DNA of 64,000 bases, taken from contig CAWEJX010000004.1 in NCBI GenBank assembly GCA_963809485.1, forward strand, positions 406,669 to 470,668. The letters run 5' to 3'. This document shows positions 33,194 through 43,642 of the stretch, one piece after another. The notes below the pieces were generated by a model. That model worked only from the letters and a program-made list of their open reading frames with translations. It was not told the origin of the DNA and ran no database searches. The translations under genes were made by a program, and so were the position numbers. Each line of letters starts with the position of its first letter. Within the stretch, counting starts at the first letter, position 1. The DNA comes from an uncultured Acidobacteriota bacterium (GTDB taxonomy: Bacteria > Acidobacteriota > UBA6911).

Positions 33194-33622
33194 TTAGAGT
33201 CGGAAAATCTCACCTGTTGCTTTGCGCTTAAAATGCACTCTCTGCTGTAGCGGAAAGTTGAATTTGATCGCCCCGGCGCTTAGAAGAGGACATTCGTTCA
33301 CACAACAGCCGCAATACCAGCATTCGTCAGGATGCAGGGTAATGGGGGGTTTTCCTTGCACGGGATTGGGTATGTACACGTCCACCTGGCACACTTCCAC
33401 ACACGTGTTGCAACCGTTACATACTTCAGGGTTTCGAATAACAGGTCTATTGGGCGTATTCACATTAGGCACAACATACACTTTTCCCTTATTATCTTGG
33501 GCGCTCTCAAGTATGCCACTGGCTCCCTCGAGAGAAACCACAGCGCTGCCGGCTCCAGCCACCGCGCTCGCCTTCAGGAAATCTCTGCGTTTCATTGCCC
33601 CGCTTTTCTTTTGTTTCTTCAT
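33194..33622 (-). CDS. AprB-like 2x[4Fe-4S] ferredoxin with Tat signal peptide
   Basis: MKRRDFLK twin-arginine motif; CNGCNTCVEVC and CWYCGCCVNECP clusters. Confidence 0.85.
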   Translation of the reverse strand: MKKQKKSGAMKRRDFLKASAVAGAGSAVVSLEGASGILESAQDNKGKVYVVPNVNTPNRPVIRNPEVCNGCNTCVEVCQVDVYIPNPVQGKPPITLHPDECWYCGCCVNECPLLSAGAIKFNFPLQQRVHFKRKATGEIFRL

Positions 33623-33730
33623 ATCCTTTCTCCCATTTATCCATTTGCTGTTATAGCTTCCGTTCAGCAATGCGCGAAAAATAATTCACTACGATGATCG
33701 CGCTCGCCGGTTTAGAGAACCTGAGGCATG

Positions 33731-35650
33731 CTATACAGGACGCGAAGTTGGCTTCGGATTCCGCGTCCAAGATTTTTCCTTGTAGCTCCCGACATAGTCC
33801 TTGTTATGGGCTTCATAATTTTCTTTAAAGTCGCCCCAGTAAGCGAGGGGCAGTTCTCCCACCTTCACCTCATCGTTTTCCAATTTGAGAGTAATCCACT
33901 TATTCCACTCGGGTGGGTCCATTTGTGGATAATCTATCCTTTGGAAGTTTAAAGCTCGGCTGCTTGCCTTGCGTGCCAGGGAAGCATGGATAATAAGCTG
34001 AGAAAATTTAAGGATGCTCAGATCCTCCAGGCTGCGCATGAGCTTATGCGGATCCAGGGCATATAGCTGGGGAACCCAGTTCTTCTCGATGTCCGCGAGT
34101 GCATCAAGGCCCATATTGAGAAGCTTTTCAGTCTTGTATTCGCTGCAGAAGTACTGCATGTTCCGGGCAATTCCGGCGTGCAGCTCCTTCCAATCTATGC
34201 CCTCCCTTCTTTTGATCGGGGCATAGACACGACGTTTTTCAAGTGCGACTTGCTCATTTGATATCACCGGTTGACCCGCTCTCTGGGCATAATCGGCCGC
34301 CTTCCTTCCGGCATATCTGCCGGTGGTCTCTGCGTAGCTGTGGTCTCCCGGGCCGTAGGTCGATTCCCCGGCAGCGAACAGCCCATCCAATGTGGTCATC
34401 AAATCCCAGTCGACGACAACACCGCCCCGGTCGTACCCACTGTCGACCGATCTAAAATGAGCGGGGCTGGTTCCCTCGAGCAGCGTATAAATTGGGAACA
34501 GGTCCTTAGCCGGGTCAAATCCAGCCTCGTTGTACTTCCTTCGAATGGCCTTTGCCGTCGACTCCTCGGCATACATCATGTCCCAATTTACCTTTCTCCA
34601 ACGCTCGGATTGAGAGGGAAAGTCACCCCATAAAGGCAGAGCAATCTCTCCTTTGAGGACCTCTTCGCGCACATTCCTTCTTGCTGTTGGCATGCTGCCG
34701 GCGAAGGGATACATGCCAAGCGATTTGCCGTTGTCATCAATATACGGAAGATGCTCGAAGCTCTGATCGATGCCTGCATACCATTTGTGTTTGAAGCCGG
34801 TACCCAAACCCAGAGTCCCGGACTTCTCCATCTGGGTAAGCGCAGCACCCGCTCTGAATGCCATCACCATGCCATCGCCGGATATGGCGCGGGACCTGAA
34901 TGTACTAATGCCGGCCAATTCTGTATTAAAGACCCAGATGGATCCTGTTCCCGCTGTGCAGAGCACAACCGCCTTGGCTTTAAATATCATAAATTCGCCG
35001 GTTCGAGTATTCACTCCGGTTGCACCTACTACCTTAGCCCCCTGGATGCCCTTTTCGTTCAGCAGGCTGGTGGCCATAATCCTGTCATAGATCTTGACGC
35101 CTAAACGCTCGCACTCCTTCTTCAGTACAGGTTTAAGCGACGATCCCCAAAATCGAAGGGCTGCATTTACAGGTTGGTACCTTTCGCAAAGTATGAGTTT
35201 TGTCTTGTCATCCCTCCCCCAACAGCCTACATACTCATCCTCTGTATCTCTAATCTTGCCGCCCATCGGCTCCAACTCCAAAAACGCATCGTAGCCTTCG
35301 CGACATTGAATATAGCGTGCCATTCCGCAGTTATATTTGCCGAAGCCGTCAATAACATCCTGGCACCTCTCTTCAGGACTCAGATTAGAGAAAGGACTGG
35401 TCATTGCATTTTCCCAGTGGTCACCTCCGGGTCCCCCGGCGCCACTTCTTATCGTTGCCGCTTTTTCAACTATCGCTACTCTGAGGCCTTTCCTCTGGGC
35501 TGCGCTTATAGCCGCCCGGCATCCGGCAACGCCACCGCCGATCACCAGGACATCAGTCTCAACCGTTTGCTCCTGTTCATACCGTATCGGGTACGGCCAC
35601 TCGGGCGTGCGCCCGTCTTGTTCTATCAATTCATGCCATGAAGAAGTCAT
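33731..35650 (-). CDS. AprA/SdhA-like FAD-dependent oxidoreductase
   Basis: DVLVIGGGVAG, EKAATIRSGAG, GDGMVMAFRAGA, GLFAAGE, ASLARKAS...QRIDYP. Confidence 0.88.
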   Translation of the reverse strand: MTSSWHELIEQDGRTPEWPYPIRYEQEQTVETDVLVIGGGVAGCRAAISAAQRKGLRVAIVEKAATIRSGAGGPGGDHWENAMTSPFSNLSPEERCQDVIDGFGKYNCGMARYIQCREGYDAFLELEPMGGKIRDTEDEYVGCWGRDDKTKLILCERYQPVNAALRFWGSSLKPVLKKECERLGVKIYDRIMATSLLNEKGIQGAKVVGATGVNTRTGEFMIFKAKAVVLCTAGTGSIWVFNTELAGISTFRSRAISGDGMVMAFRAGAALTQMEKSGTLGLGTGFKHKWYAGIDQSFEHLPYIDDNGKSLGMYPFAGSMPTARRNVREEVLKGEIALPLWGDFPSQSERWRKVNWDMMYAEESTAKAIRRKYNEAGFDPAKDLFPIYTLLEGTSPAHFRSVDSGYDRGGVVVDWDLMTTLDGLFAAGESTYGPGDHSYAETTGRYAGRKAADYAQRAGQPVISNEQVALEKRRVYAPIKRREGIDWKELHAGIARNMQYFCSEYKTEKLLNMGLDALADIEKNWVPQLYALDPHKLMRSLEDLSILKFSQLIIHASLARKASSRALNFQRIDYPQMDPPEWNKWITLKLENDEVKVGELPLAYWGDFKENYEAHNKDYVGSYKEKSWTRNPKPTSRPV

Positions 35651-35968
35651 CTTCCTGCCTCCCTTAAGCGCTTACGCGCCGGTTTTTACAGTGTTATCAT
35701 TTTGCGGACATCGAGATAAGATCTTTTCCCCCACTCACTGCAATAAAAGGTCCTGTGAGTTAACCTCACAGAACAGCGATTGTTCCCGAAAGTCCCGCAA
35801 TGATTTAACGGTTCTCTTCTTCACAACTCGAAGCCTCGCCGCCGCGGACCGTTCAACTGCTTCGCATGATGGAGTACCATTGCCGCAATCGTAAGCGCTG
35901 GATTGAACATTATATTTTCAGAACAGTTGTTTTGGAAATGCAAGCAAAAATCCAAATATCCCGATCCC

Positions 35969-36282
35969 GGTCCTTCCGTCCTCTACTGCTGTTACGCTGC
36001 CATTTTCTGTTCTCTGACTCTACTTAAAGCTGCCTTTACGTAAATAAAAATGATCACAAAAGGAATTCGCCGCTGCTCAGCTTGGTTTTGTAGAATCCGT
36101 GGCCGATGATGTTTCCGAAAGCGGCTTTTCCCGCCAGTGGACATTCCCCGTTTGGACAGCTGAGACTCTTCATTGTTTTTGAACCGTGTCAATGATGGAA
36201 CTGATTGCATGGAATTGAGTCTCAAACTAAATCATGTTTGGGAGTTACGGTCGCGCTGCCAAGAGTCGAAGGCGGAAGCACC
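35969..36282 (-). mobile_element. MITE-like IS1-family derivative (314 bp)
   Basis: Both terminal repeats are retained; nearly all of the transposase is deleted relative to 46266-47437. Confidence 0.85.
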
Positions 36283-36779
36283 CAATTATTGAGACCTAAC
36301 CTGCATAGGCTGGGATTCAACCAGCATAGACGCTGGATGTTGTATTCAAGTAATCAAGCGCATCTATTTTCCTGATTTTTCTGAAATAAAACCGGTCCCA
36401 GCGAAACATTAAGGCTGCATGGATCCGTTGCTTGCTCCCGGGCGCCTCTGGGCGGGGCCTGCCCTGATTTCTATTGACGAGCAGGCGGGGATTTAGGGCG
36501 CGTACCCCTCGAAACGTTTGATGACTCGTTTTCTTCCACGTCAATGACCCCGGATGTCACTCTGCCTCTATAGCATAAGGCCGATATGATATTGGTACCT
36601 GCAGTATTGGAAAGCGATACGGAACACTACATCAATTGATAAATTCTGCTGGTTGGCCTGAGGCGAAGCCCTGCCTATTTCTGTTTCCTTTCCGACTCTT
36701 TCACGCATAAAATGATTTTTGCCTGATTTGCAAATTGAATTTAGGGCGCCGAGCGGGCGCTGCGGTCGCCGGGGAAGCT

Positions 36780-37109
36780 TGCTTTCTCGACCTTAACGCG
36801 CTTTTCCCCCTGTACCAAAGCCTCGCGGATTTCCTTAACGCGGAACCAGGCGGCGTGGAAACGCGCAACTGTACGTACGATCCTATGACATTCCGCGACC
36901 ATTCCACAATGACCCTCACGGATGATGACGGAATTCGAAAGGAGCTGGAAGCCGACGAGCGTTCCTGCGCCCCCTCGGAAATTTCCTGGTATCTGGCCGC
37001 GCTTCGCTTTAAAAAAAGCTCCATCCACGGATGCCGCCTGGGGAGCTTCAGCCGCGGCCACGCCTTGACGACGGACGACTTCGAGATGCCGGTAATAGCC
37101 GAGAAATAG
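36780..37109 (+). pseudogene. C-terminal fragment of a class I SAM-dependent methyltransferase
   Basis: LNALFPL...MTFRDHS...DDDG...PSEISW...FSR...LTTDDFEMPVIAEK matches the family tail from memory; no N-terminal SAM motif. Confidence 0.55.
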
Positions 37110-37226
37110 GGATTTCACATAAAGCGTTCGATGCATATGCTCTCTCCTTTCAGGCAGTCCAGACCAGATAGTCGCAGGTGTACAATCAGGTGTTTGATAA
37201 AACCGACACAATAAGGAGGGTGATTC

Positions 37227-38246
37227 ATGAATAAAGATACGACGCGCAGGGAGTTTGCCAAACAAATAGCGATCGGTGCCACGAGCGTTTCCGCAGCAAG
37301 CTCGTTGGGCGCTTTAGAGGCGTCTTCCGCTCCGGCAGCTCAAGCAGGAAAGGGATCAAAATACGGGCACCTGGTAAAGAGCGTTCCTTACCAGTTTTGG
37401 CAGAGCGGTTACAGACAACTGGCCACGATGAACGGTGATTTTCTGAATAATGAGATTCATGTGCAAATTGGGACACCTGCTGTTGCCGGAAGACTTGGCC
37501 CGGATGCTCCAGAAATGCATGACTTCGATCAGGTCATGATTTTTATGGGGTCGGATCCCACAAACCTTGGTGATCTGGGTGCAGAGATCGAGTTCTGCAT
37601 GGGACCGGAAAAGGAAACGCGCATGATCACGTCTTCCCAAGCAGTGTTCATCCCCAAAGGGCTTGCACATATGCCGGCAACCATTGACCGAATGGACCGG
37701 CGATTTTTGGTGATGACGATATCGCATGCACGCGAACTGAAGGCAACGGCTGCGCCTGCAGCGGCAAAAGAATATACGGGTGAACCGCAAGGGGGCATGT
37801 CGAGATCACAATACAGGACAAACTTTCCAACCATGCTTTGGGAACGGAAAAGCGCCTGGCACTATGGCAGCAAGAATCGAGATGACGCCGGTGGATATAT
37901 AACAAGCATTAGAAACACCGATATGGGATTCAGCATGATGTGTGAAGGCATAGTGAGAGGACCCTATAGATTTGGCGATCCATATAAACCGCACGTCCAT
38001 GGTTATGCCGAGTTCCTAATTTGCCTGGGAGCCGATTGTAACGATTTGACTCCAATGGGGGGCGAGATTGTGTTTGATATGGGCTCGGAAATGGAACCAC
38101 ACATATTTACCAATTCAACGGTTGTCATGCCGCCCGGAAAGCTTCCACATTGTCCGGAAATCATTACGAGAGTAGACAAGCCGTTTATTTTTATTGTCCT
38201 TCACGAGTTTGGTCAGGAGGCGCCCCCGAAACCAAAAGGGTCATAA
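37227..38246 (+). CDS. Tat-exported tandem cupin-like protein
   Basis: AAGGAGG RBS; TTRREFAK Tat motif; HDFDQ...PKGLAHMP and PHVHGYAE...PPGKLPHCP. Confidence 0.8.
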   Translation: MNKDTTRREFAKQIAIGATSVSAASSLGALEASSAPAAQAGKGSKYGHLVKSVPYQFWQSGYRQLATMNGDFLNNEIHVQIGTPAVAGRLGPDAPEMHDFDQVMIFMGSDPTNLGDLGAEIEFCMGPEKETRMITSSQAVFIPKGLAHMPATIDRMDRRFLVMTISHARELKATAAPAAAKEYTGEPQGGMSRSQYRTNFPTMLWERKSAWHYGSKNRDDAGGYITSIRNTDMGFSMMCEGIVRGPYRFGDPYKPHVHGYAEFLICLGADCNDLTPMGGEIVFDMGSEMEPHIFTNSTVVMPPGKLPHCPEIITRVDKPFIFIVLHEFGQEAPPKPKGS

Positions 38247-38430
38247 GCAAAATCGTTGGCTTTGCGGATCTCGACTCTGTTAAACCGAATTAATCGATGC
38301 CATTGGAAACCTATAAAAAGCAGAAGGCCGAGTAAGAGTCTTTGGCTTGATGCTGCGAATGATGTCGCAGGTGATGGGGTAAAGCAAGAATTCACCGGAA
38401 ATCCACAACGGAAAAGAAAGGATAAAGGGC

Positions 38431-39051
38431 ATGATTCTTGTCCATAAAGACGATAGAAGCAGGACGCGGCGGGTCTTCTTCAAGGAGGCAGGCGTTGGCG
38501 CAGCTGGCGTGGCTGTTGCGGGCGCGTTGAGCGCTTTGCAGGCTGCTTCCATCCCCATTCTGCAGGCAGATAAAGAGACTGCCTCTCCTGTACAAATGCC
38601 AGGGGTACTGCCATCCCAATCAAAATACAAAAAGTACTTTGTTGAAGGATCTAAACCGGGAAGAATGCCGGCTTTGGGACAGGACCAGGACTTCGTCTTC
38701 ACTTTTTCTTTCGTCAAGGCGGGGACCAATTCCAGGGCGCATGATCCTCACACACATCCCCACACCGAAATACTGGGTTTCTTCAGCGCCGATCCGAACT
38801 CACCCGATGATCTGGGGGCGGAAGTGGAGATGACCATGGGAGAGGAGTTGGAACGAGTCGTAATGACGAAATCTACGCTCCTCTTTTTGCCTCCTGGCAC
38901 GATACATTGTCCTATGGTCTTCCGGAATGTGGTGAAGCCGTTTATATTCCTGGCAACTGCGCCGGTCGGGAAACTGGTCGAGACATCGTACGCACACCTG
39001 CTGCCCGAGGACCAGCGGCAGAAGCCAAAACCAAAACCGAAGGCTCCATAA
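38431..39051 (+). CDS. Tat-exported single cupin-like protein
   Basis: TRRVFFK Tat motif; PHTHPHTE...DLGAEVE...PPGTIHCP. Confidence 0.8.
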   Translation: MILVHKDDRSRTRRVFFKEAGVGAAGVAVAGALSALQAASIPILQADKETASPVQMPGVLPSQSKYKKYFVEGSKPGRMPALGQDQDFVFTFSFVKAGTNSRAHDPHTHPHTEILGFFSADPNSPDDLGAEVEMTMGEELERVVMTKSTLLFLPPGTIHCPMVFRNVVKPFIFLATAPVGKLVETSYAHLLPEDQRQKPKPKPKAP

Positions 39052-39290
39052 TCAGGCGCCGTTGGGCCAATCTATAGGATGGCATCGTGAGACTGCTGAG
39101 GATCATTCGAAGCTCTTGTGCCATGCATCTCTGGACGGCGAGGGCTGGATGATCCGCGGGGCTTTGCCAAAGAAGATTTCCATCAAGAATGGTTACAGGC
39201 ATAGGATTTTGGGCTATGGACTAATATGAGCCATTACGGATTATGTTTGGGCCGCTTTCCAAAATAACCTCTGTCCTTTGGCGGTACAAA

Positions 39291-39635
39291 ATGCATTGGG
39301 AACTAAGGACTCGCGAGATTGATGACGTTGGCATTATTGACGTGCTTGGGATTGATGGTTTCAGTCATGAGGCGGGCGAATTTAAGCGTGCTCTCGCTGC
39401 GCTTTTGGCAAAGGGAAAGAGGAAAATTCTAGTCAACATGGCTAACGAGCGGGATATTGGGGGTCAGCAGATCGGCGAGCTGATCATGTGCAGTGAAGTC
39501 GCCAGGGAGAATTCGGCAACACTCGCTCTGACAGGGGTTTGCGGCAGGGCATATGAGTTGCTCGTGATAACAAAGCTGATCAAACTCTTTAAGGTGTTTC
39601 GCGATGAGACCGAGGCCATAAAGAGTTTCAGCTGA
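39291..39635 (+). CDS. STAS-domain anti-sigma-factor antagonist
   Basis: REIDDVGIIDV, KILVNM, IGEL, LLVITKL..FRDETEAIKSF. Confidence 0.8.
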   Translation: MHWELRTREIDDVGIIDVLGIDGFSHEAGEFKRALAALLAKGKRKILVNMANERDIGGQQIGELIMCSEVARENSATLALTGVCGRAYELLVITKLIKLFKVFRDETEAIKSFS

Positions 39636-39678
39636 TTCACGGGGCCCGCCCGAATGACTGGGACGGAGGAAGGAAATC

Positions 39679-39900
39679 ATGCGCCAATACGCCTGGCTCG
39701 ATTTCCACGGGGGCTGCTGGCATTTGGTTACCGGCAATTCCCATGATTGTGATCGGAAGTGGGCGGACCGGCAGTCGGCCCTATCGGATTTGACATGGGA
39801 AGGATGGGTAATCGACGGGCCGTATGGAAAACAGCCTACGATGAGGCATGAAGCCAACCGGCACTTTTACGGGTATGGGCTGAGGCGGACTATCCATTAA
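39679..39900 (+). CDS. Small Trp-rich hypothetical protein
   Basis: GGAGGAAGG RBS; 73 aa ORF. Confidence 0.6.
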   Translation: MRQYAWLDFHGGCWHLVTGNSHDCDRKWADRQSALSDLTWEGWVIDGPYGKQPTMRHEANRHFYGYGLRRTIH

Positions 39901-40035
39901 AATCGAAACATGTGCAGAGCGGCCCGTGGAGGACACAAACTGAAATTATCAGATGTTGGCTGCGCCGATTTTAGACGGAATGTAGCTTGTTCCGCCTAGC
40001 CGCTCCATCACATCACCATTCATAGGAGGATCGCA

Positions 40036-40521
40036 ATGAAGGTGCCGAATATAAGGGCGATGATATGCATTACGGCAGCTTTCGCCATGTGCGCGACCGG
40101 CATGCTTTCACTGGAGAACGCCTCGTCCCAGGGCATACGCGCCGCAAACCCGCAACGGGAGGTTGCCGTAAAGCCGATGCCGACCTGGAGGTCATTTCCG
40201 TTCGCGGAGGGATTCATCAACCAGCGCGATGCCGGAAGCTATCCGAACGCACAGCCGGTTCAATATATGAAGCAAGAGGGGATCGTATATCTGCGCGGAA
40301 GTGTGCACAAACGGAACGATCTGAACCGCTTCGATGTTTTCGGCACGCTTCCGCAAGGCTACAGGCCGGAGAACGATCTGGAGTTCCTGCAGTCGTCGGG
40401 TTTCGGCATGGCCGTAGTCATGATCCGGCGCGGTGGCAATGTGGAGCTTTGGAACCGCGACCGTACTCCCGACACGCGGACGGTGAGTCTTGACGGCATC
40501 TTCTTCTTCGCAGCCGAATGA
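40036..40521 (+). CDS. Exported protein with phage receptor-binding-head-like beta domain
   Basis: AGGAGG RBS, signal peptide; GIVYLRG...FGTLPQGYRP...VSLDGIFF. Confidence 0.6.
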   Translation: MKVPNIRAMICITAAFAMCATGMLSLENASSQGIRAANPQREVAVKPMPTWRSFPFAEGFINQRDAGSYPNAQPVQYMKQEGIVYLRGSVHKRNDLNRFDVFGTLPQGYRPENDLEFLQSSGFGMAVVMIRRGGNVELWNRDRTPDTRTVSLDGIFFFAAE

Positions 40522-40703
40522 GCTGGCGGATATTGCCAAGATATCGCGCACCCGCAGATGGAGAGTAACGGACCGTGAAAACCAAATCATGGCAGCATCC
40601 TTATGTCTCCGGGAGGCCCCGAGCTGAACGCTCGGGCTATTTCCTGCCGGCCTTTCGGGCTGAAAAGATAGATCAGATTCGCATTCATTTCCGACGTTTG
40701 GTA

Positions 40704-42041
40704 TCAATCGTTTCCGGCCGGCATCTTCGCGGATGATCCAGGCATCTGTGCCGGCTCAACTTCTTTGCCCTTTCTCAGAGTCGGATGTATGGGAGGTCTG
40801 GCCAGGATAAGAAACATGAGGCCCAATGCGAAAATAATGGCTGAGATCTGCCAAGCCAAGGTGTAGTGGCCGGTGACGTCTCGAATCCAGCCGGATAAGG
40901 GAGACCCAAGGCTGCTGATAATTGTAATGAAAGGCTTCGTGTAACCCATGATTTTGGGATAGTGAGTTTTGCCGAAGTATACCGGATATAGATTCGCTAC
41001 GACTACAAGCGAAGCGCCCATGCCGATTCCCAATATGGTGGAATATACAAAAACCATTGCCAGGGTCTTTGTAAGTGCAGTGAGCAGCATGCCGGCTATC
41101 AACAGAAGCATTGTACCGATAGCCAAAGGCCGGATGTTGTATCGCAACCCCAGAAAACCAATCCCTAATCGGCCGATAATGCTTATGCCTGCAAACATGC
41201 CCATGGCGTTGGCAGCGATGGTGGAAGAAAGCCCGATATCCATAAGAAAGGCCACCTGATGCTGCAGGATTCCCTGCAGACCAAGCATCTGTGCGGACAC
41301 AAAAGCCGTTAGCAGCCATAGGGCCGGAGTCCGCATCGCCTCTTTCGCCGTAAAGTCCACTGGAGTCGTGTATAAATCATGGGCACGAGCTGCCGTAACT
41401 CTTTTGCTCTGCCTAATCGGTCCGTCGGGCGCCTGTCCCAAGTCCTCAGGTTTGTTCCGGATAAATAAGCCCGGCAAGATCGTCAAAAAAAGGACCGTAA
41501 TGGCGGCGATCATCCAGTATGTGTGCCGCCATCCCAATCGATTGATCATCTGCATCATGACCGGAACCAAGACAAGTGCACCCAGGCCACCTGCCGTAAA
41601 GAGGATGCTTAACGCCAGCGATCTTTTCCTGACAAACCAGTTATTGGCTACAGTTGTTACAGGTAACATGCCTCCCATGCTGGCGCCCAATCCAAGAAGA
41701 GCGCCATATGCGAAAAACAGTTGCCAGGGACGCGAAAGAAATCCCAGGGAAGCAAAGCACAAAGCGCACATAATGTTTCCCACAACTATCGCCCGCCTGG
41801 CGCCATACCGGGCAATGAACATGCCGGCAAAGGGACCGGCAAGGCCCACGATCATTATTGACGCCGTGTTCGCCAACGAAACAAATGCTCTGCTCCAGCC
41901 AAATGCCTGGCACAAGAACGGCAAAAACACCGGGAAGGAATACAGCAAGGCGCCGCTTATTATGAAATAACAAGCGGCCAGCACAGCCAATACCGTCCAA
42001 CCATAAAACGGTTTCCGTTCCTCAGAAGAAATACTATTCAT
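40704..42041 (-). CDS. MFS transporter (MCT/YhjX-like)
   Basis: FYGW, FGWSR, NWFVRKRSLA, GWR, RNKPED; about 12 TM segments. Confidence 0.9.
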   Translation of the reverse strand: MNSISSEERKPFYGWTVLAVLAACYFIISGALLYSFPVFLPFLCQAFGWSRAFVSLANTASIMIVGLAGPFAGMFIARYGARRAIVVGNIMCALCFASLGFLSRPWQLFFAYGALLGLGASMGGMLPVTTVANNWFVRKRSLALSILFTAGGLGALVLVPVMMQMINRLGWRHTYWMIAAITVLFLTILPGLFIRNKPEDLGQAPDGPIRQSKRVTAARAHDLYTTPVDFTAKEAMRTPALWLLTAFVSAQMLGLQGILQHQVAFLMDIGLSSTIAANAMGMFAGISIIGRLGIGFLGLRYNIRPLAIGTMLLLIAGMLLTALTKTLAMVFVYSTILGIGMGASLVVVANLYPVYFGKTHYPKIMGYTKPFITIISSLGSPLSGWIRDVTGHYTLAWQISAIIFALGLMFLILARPPIHPTLRKGKEVEPAQMPGSSAKMPAGND

Positions 42042-42254
42042 GTCACATTCCTCCTGTGTCTGCCTTTTTGCCGCTCACGGAACTGATTATTACAGACCCT
42101 TCTGAACGGGACCGAAAGCCAGGGGTTCGCTTCGCCCCCGATATACATGAGCCCGAAAGAACATTATCGAAACAGAACAACTTTTATTCCTTCGGGCTCT
42201 CACCCACAAAACAAAAGTCAACGCGCGGCCGAGAAGGAAGGCCGCTGTTGTCAA

Positions 42255-43610
42255 TCAGCTCGCCGATCCGGCCAGGGGATACACACCGAACTCTTTAGCG
42301 GCGTCCATCATGGCGTGCAGGTTTTCCATGTTCCCCTTGTCGATGCTGGAACCGCCGGCAAGGATATAGCCGCCGCCGGGCGCGCAGGTCCCGATAAGTT
42401 TGCGGCAGCCTTCCTTCACTTGCTTGGCTGTGCCGGTAATCACGATCGAGGAGGGTAGGTTGCCAACGATGCAGCAAACATTGCCCAATATCTTCTTCGC
42501 CTCAGCCATGTCAGTCTGGTCGAAGTACCAGACAACGCTGCTCTTTGGGGTGTCGTTAATGTACTTTAACCGGCTGGTATATATACCCTCGGCGAACGGC
42601 ATCGGAACGAGCCCTTCATCGATCATGGCCAGAAAGACCTTTCGCAGAGTGGGCCAATAGAAGGTCTCGAACTGCCTGTCGGACATAAAGGTGTCATCGC
42701 CCTTGTGCAGGGGCATCATGCAGAGTGGGCAGCTCGTCATCGGATAATTCTTAATGACCGTCATCAAGAACTTGAGCTGGCGCTCCATGGCTTCCTGCAG
42801 CTTATCCGGCTGTCGGTACAGATCCATGGCAATGCCGCGAGTGCCCCGAAGCAAATCCGCAAAGTGATCGTAAGGGGCTCCGGCCATAAGGCCGCCGCTG
42901 CGCAGCGATGGGTATCCTTTGGCCAACGCTGCCTTTGCAACCGCTGCAGAGGCAGCCTGCCATTGCCGGTACTCATTGGCCAGGCCCATCAGGGTCTCAA
43001 AGGTCTTGCGTATTTCCGGTTGTGCAAGAACATCCACCCACACCGCACCCTGGAGGAGCCGAAGAGGAGGGAGCTTCCTGAAGGATTCGAATATGCCCGC
43101 CGTGCGAGGCAGGTTGACCCGGAAGTGATAGTCGGAGGGATCCATCATCAGCCGGTCGTATTCATCGGCTTTCATATATTCTCCCTCGACAATCTGCTGC
43201 ATTGAGACATCCTCTCCCAAGCCGTGGCCCGGCCACTTCAATGTCTTGGTATCCAGCGCTTCCAGTATCCTGCCGGACGGGATCAGGCCGGGGCCCGAGA
43301 AGGTGTCCATATCTCCGAAATCATCCATGAATTTAATCCAGGAATCGCGCAAAGCGTTGTAGTCATACATCACTTTGTGGAAGTTGCCTCCGGCGTAAAC
43401 AGCAGGAAAATTGCCTACCGGCAACATCACGGGCACGCGGTCCGGTTCTTCCAATTTGATAGCCTTGATGAACCGCGTTACCCTTTGTTTGTACAGCTGC
43501 TCAGCCTCCGGGCTGACGAACTTTACGTCCAGCGGTGACAGCCACCTTTTGAAGCGTTCCTCACGCCTTTCCTGCCAGGTCATTTCAGACCATTTTTCGA
43601 TTGCGTCCAT
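42255..43610 (-). CDS. Uroporphyrinogen decarboxylase/MtaA-CmuA superfamily protein
   Basis: EPDRVPV, EYMKADEYD, LRGTRG, PLHKG, FETFYWPT, FAEG, GNLPSS, GGGYIL. Confidence 0.88.
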   Translation of the reverse strand: MDAIEKWSEMTWQERREERFKRWLSPLDVKFVSPEAEQLYKQRVTRFIKAIKLEEPDRVPVMLPVGNFPAVYAGGNFHKVMYDYNALRDSWIKFMDDFGDMDTFSGPGLIPSGRILEALDTKTLKWPGHGLGEDVSMQQIVEGEYMKADEYDRLMMDPSDYHFRVNLPRTAGIFESFRKLPPLRLLQGAVWVDVLAQPEIRKTFETLMGLANEYRQWQAASAAVAKAALAKGYPSLRSGGLMAGAPYDHFADLLRGTRGIAMDLYRQPDKLQEAMERQLKFLMTVIKNYPMTSCPLCMMPLHKGDDTFMSDRQFETFYWPTLRKVFLAMIDEGLVPMPFAEGIYTSRLKYINDTPKSSVVWYFDQTDMAEAKKILGNVCCIVGNLPSSIVITGTAKQVKEGCRKLIGTCAPGGGYILAGGSSIDKGNMENLHAMMDAAKEFGVYPLAGSAS

Positions 43611-43642
43611 ACTTCTGTAGCCCTTTCTCTCTTTGTACCAGG

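Noticed and set aside
33731-35650. Genuine dissimilatory APS reductase (aprA)
   Set aside because: Divergent N-terminus, A-then-B order with a Tat-bearing ferredoxin, and no sat or qmo context; called AprA-like only.
39050-40530. Integron cassette array (short co-oriented genes)
   Set aside because: No convincing paired RYYYAAC/GTTRRRY attC structures and no intI gene.
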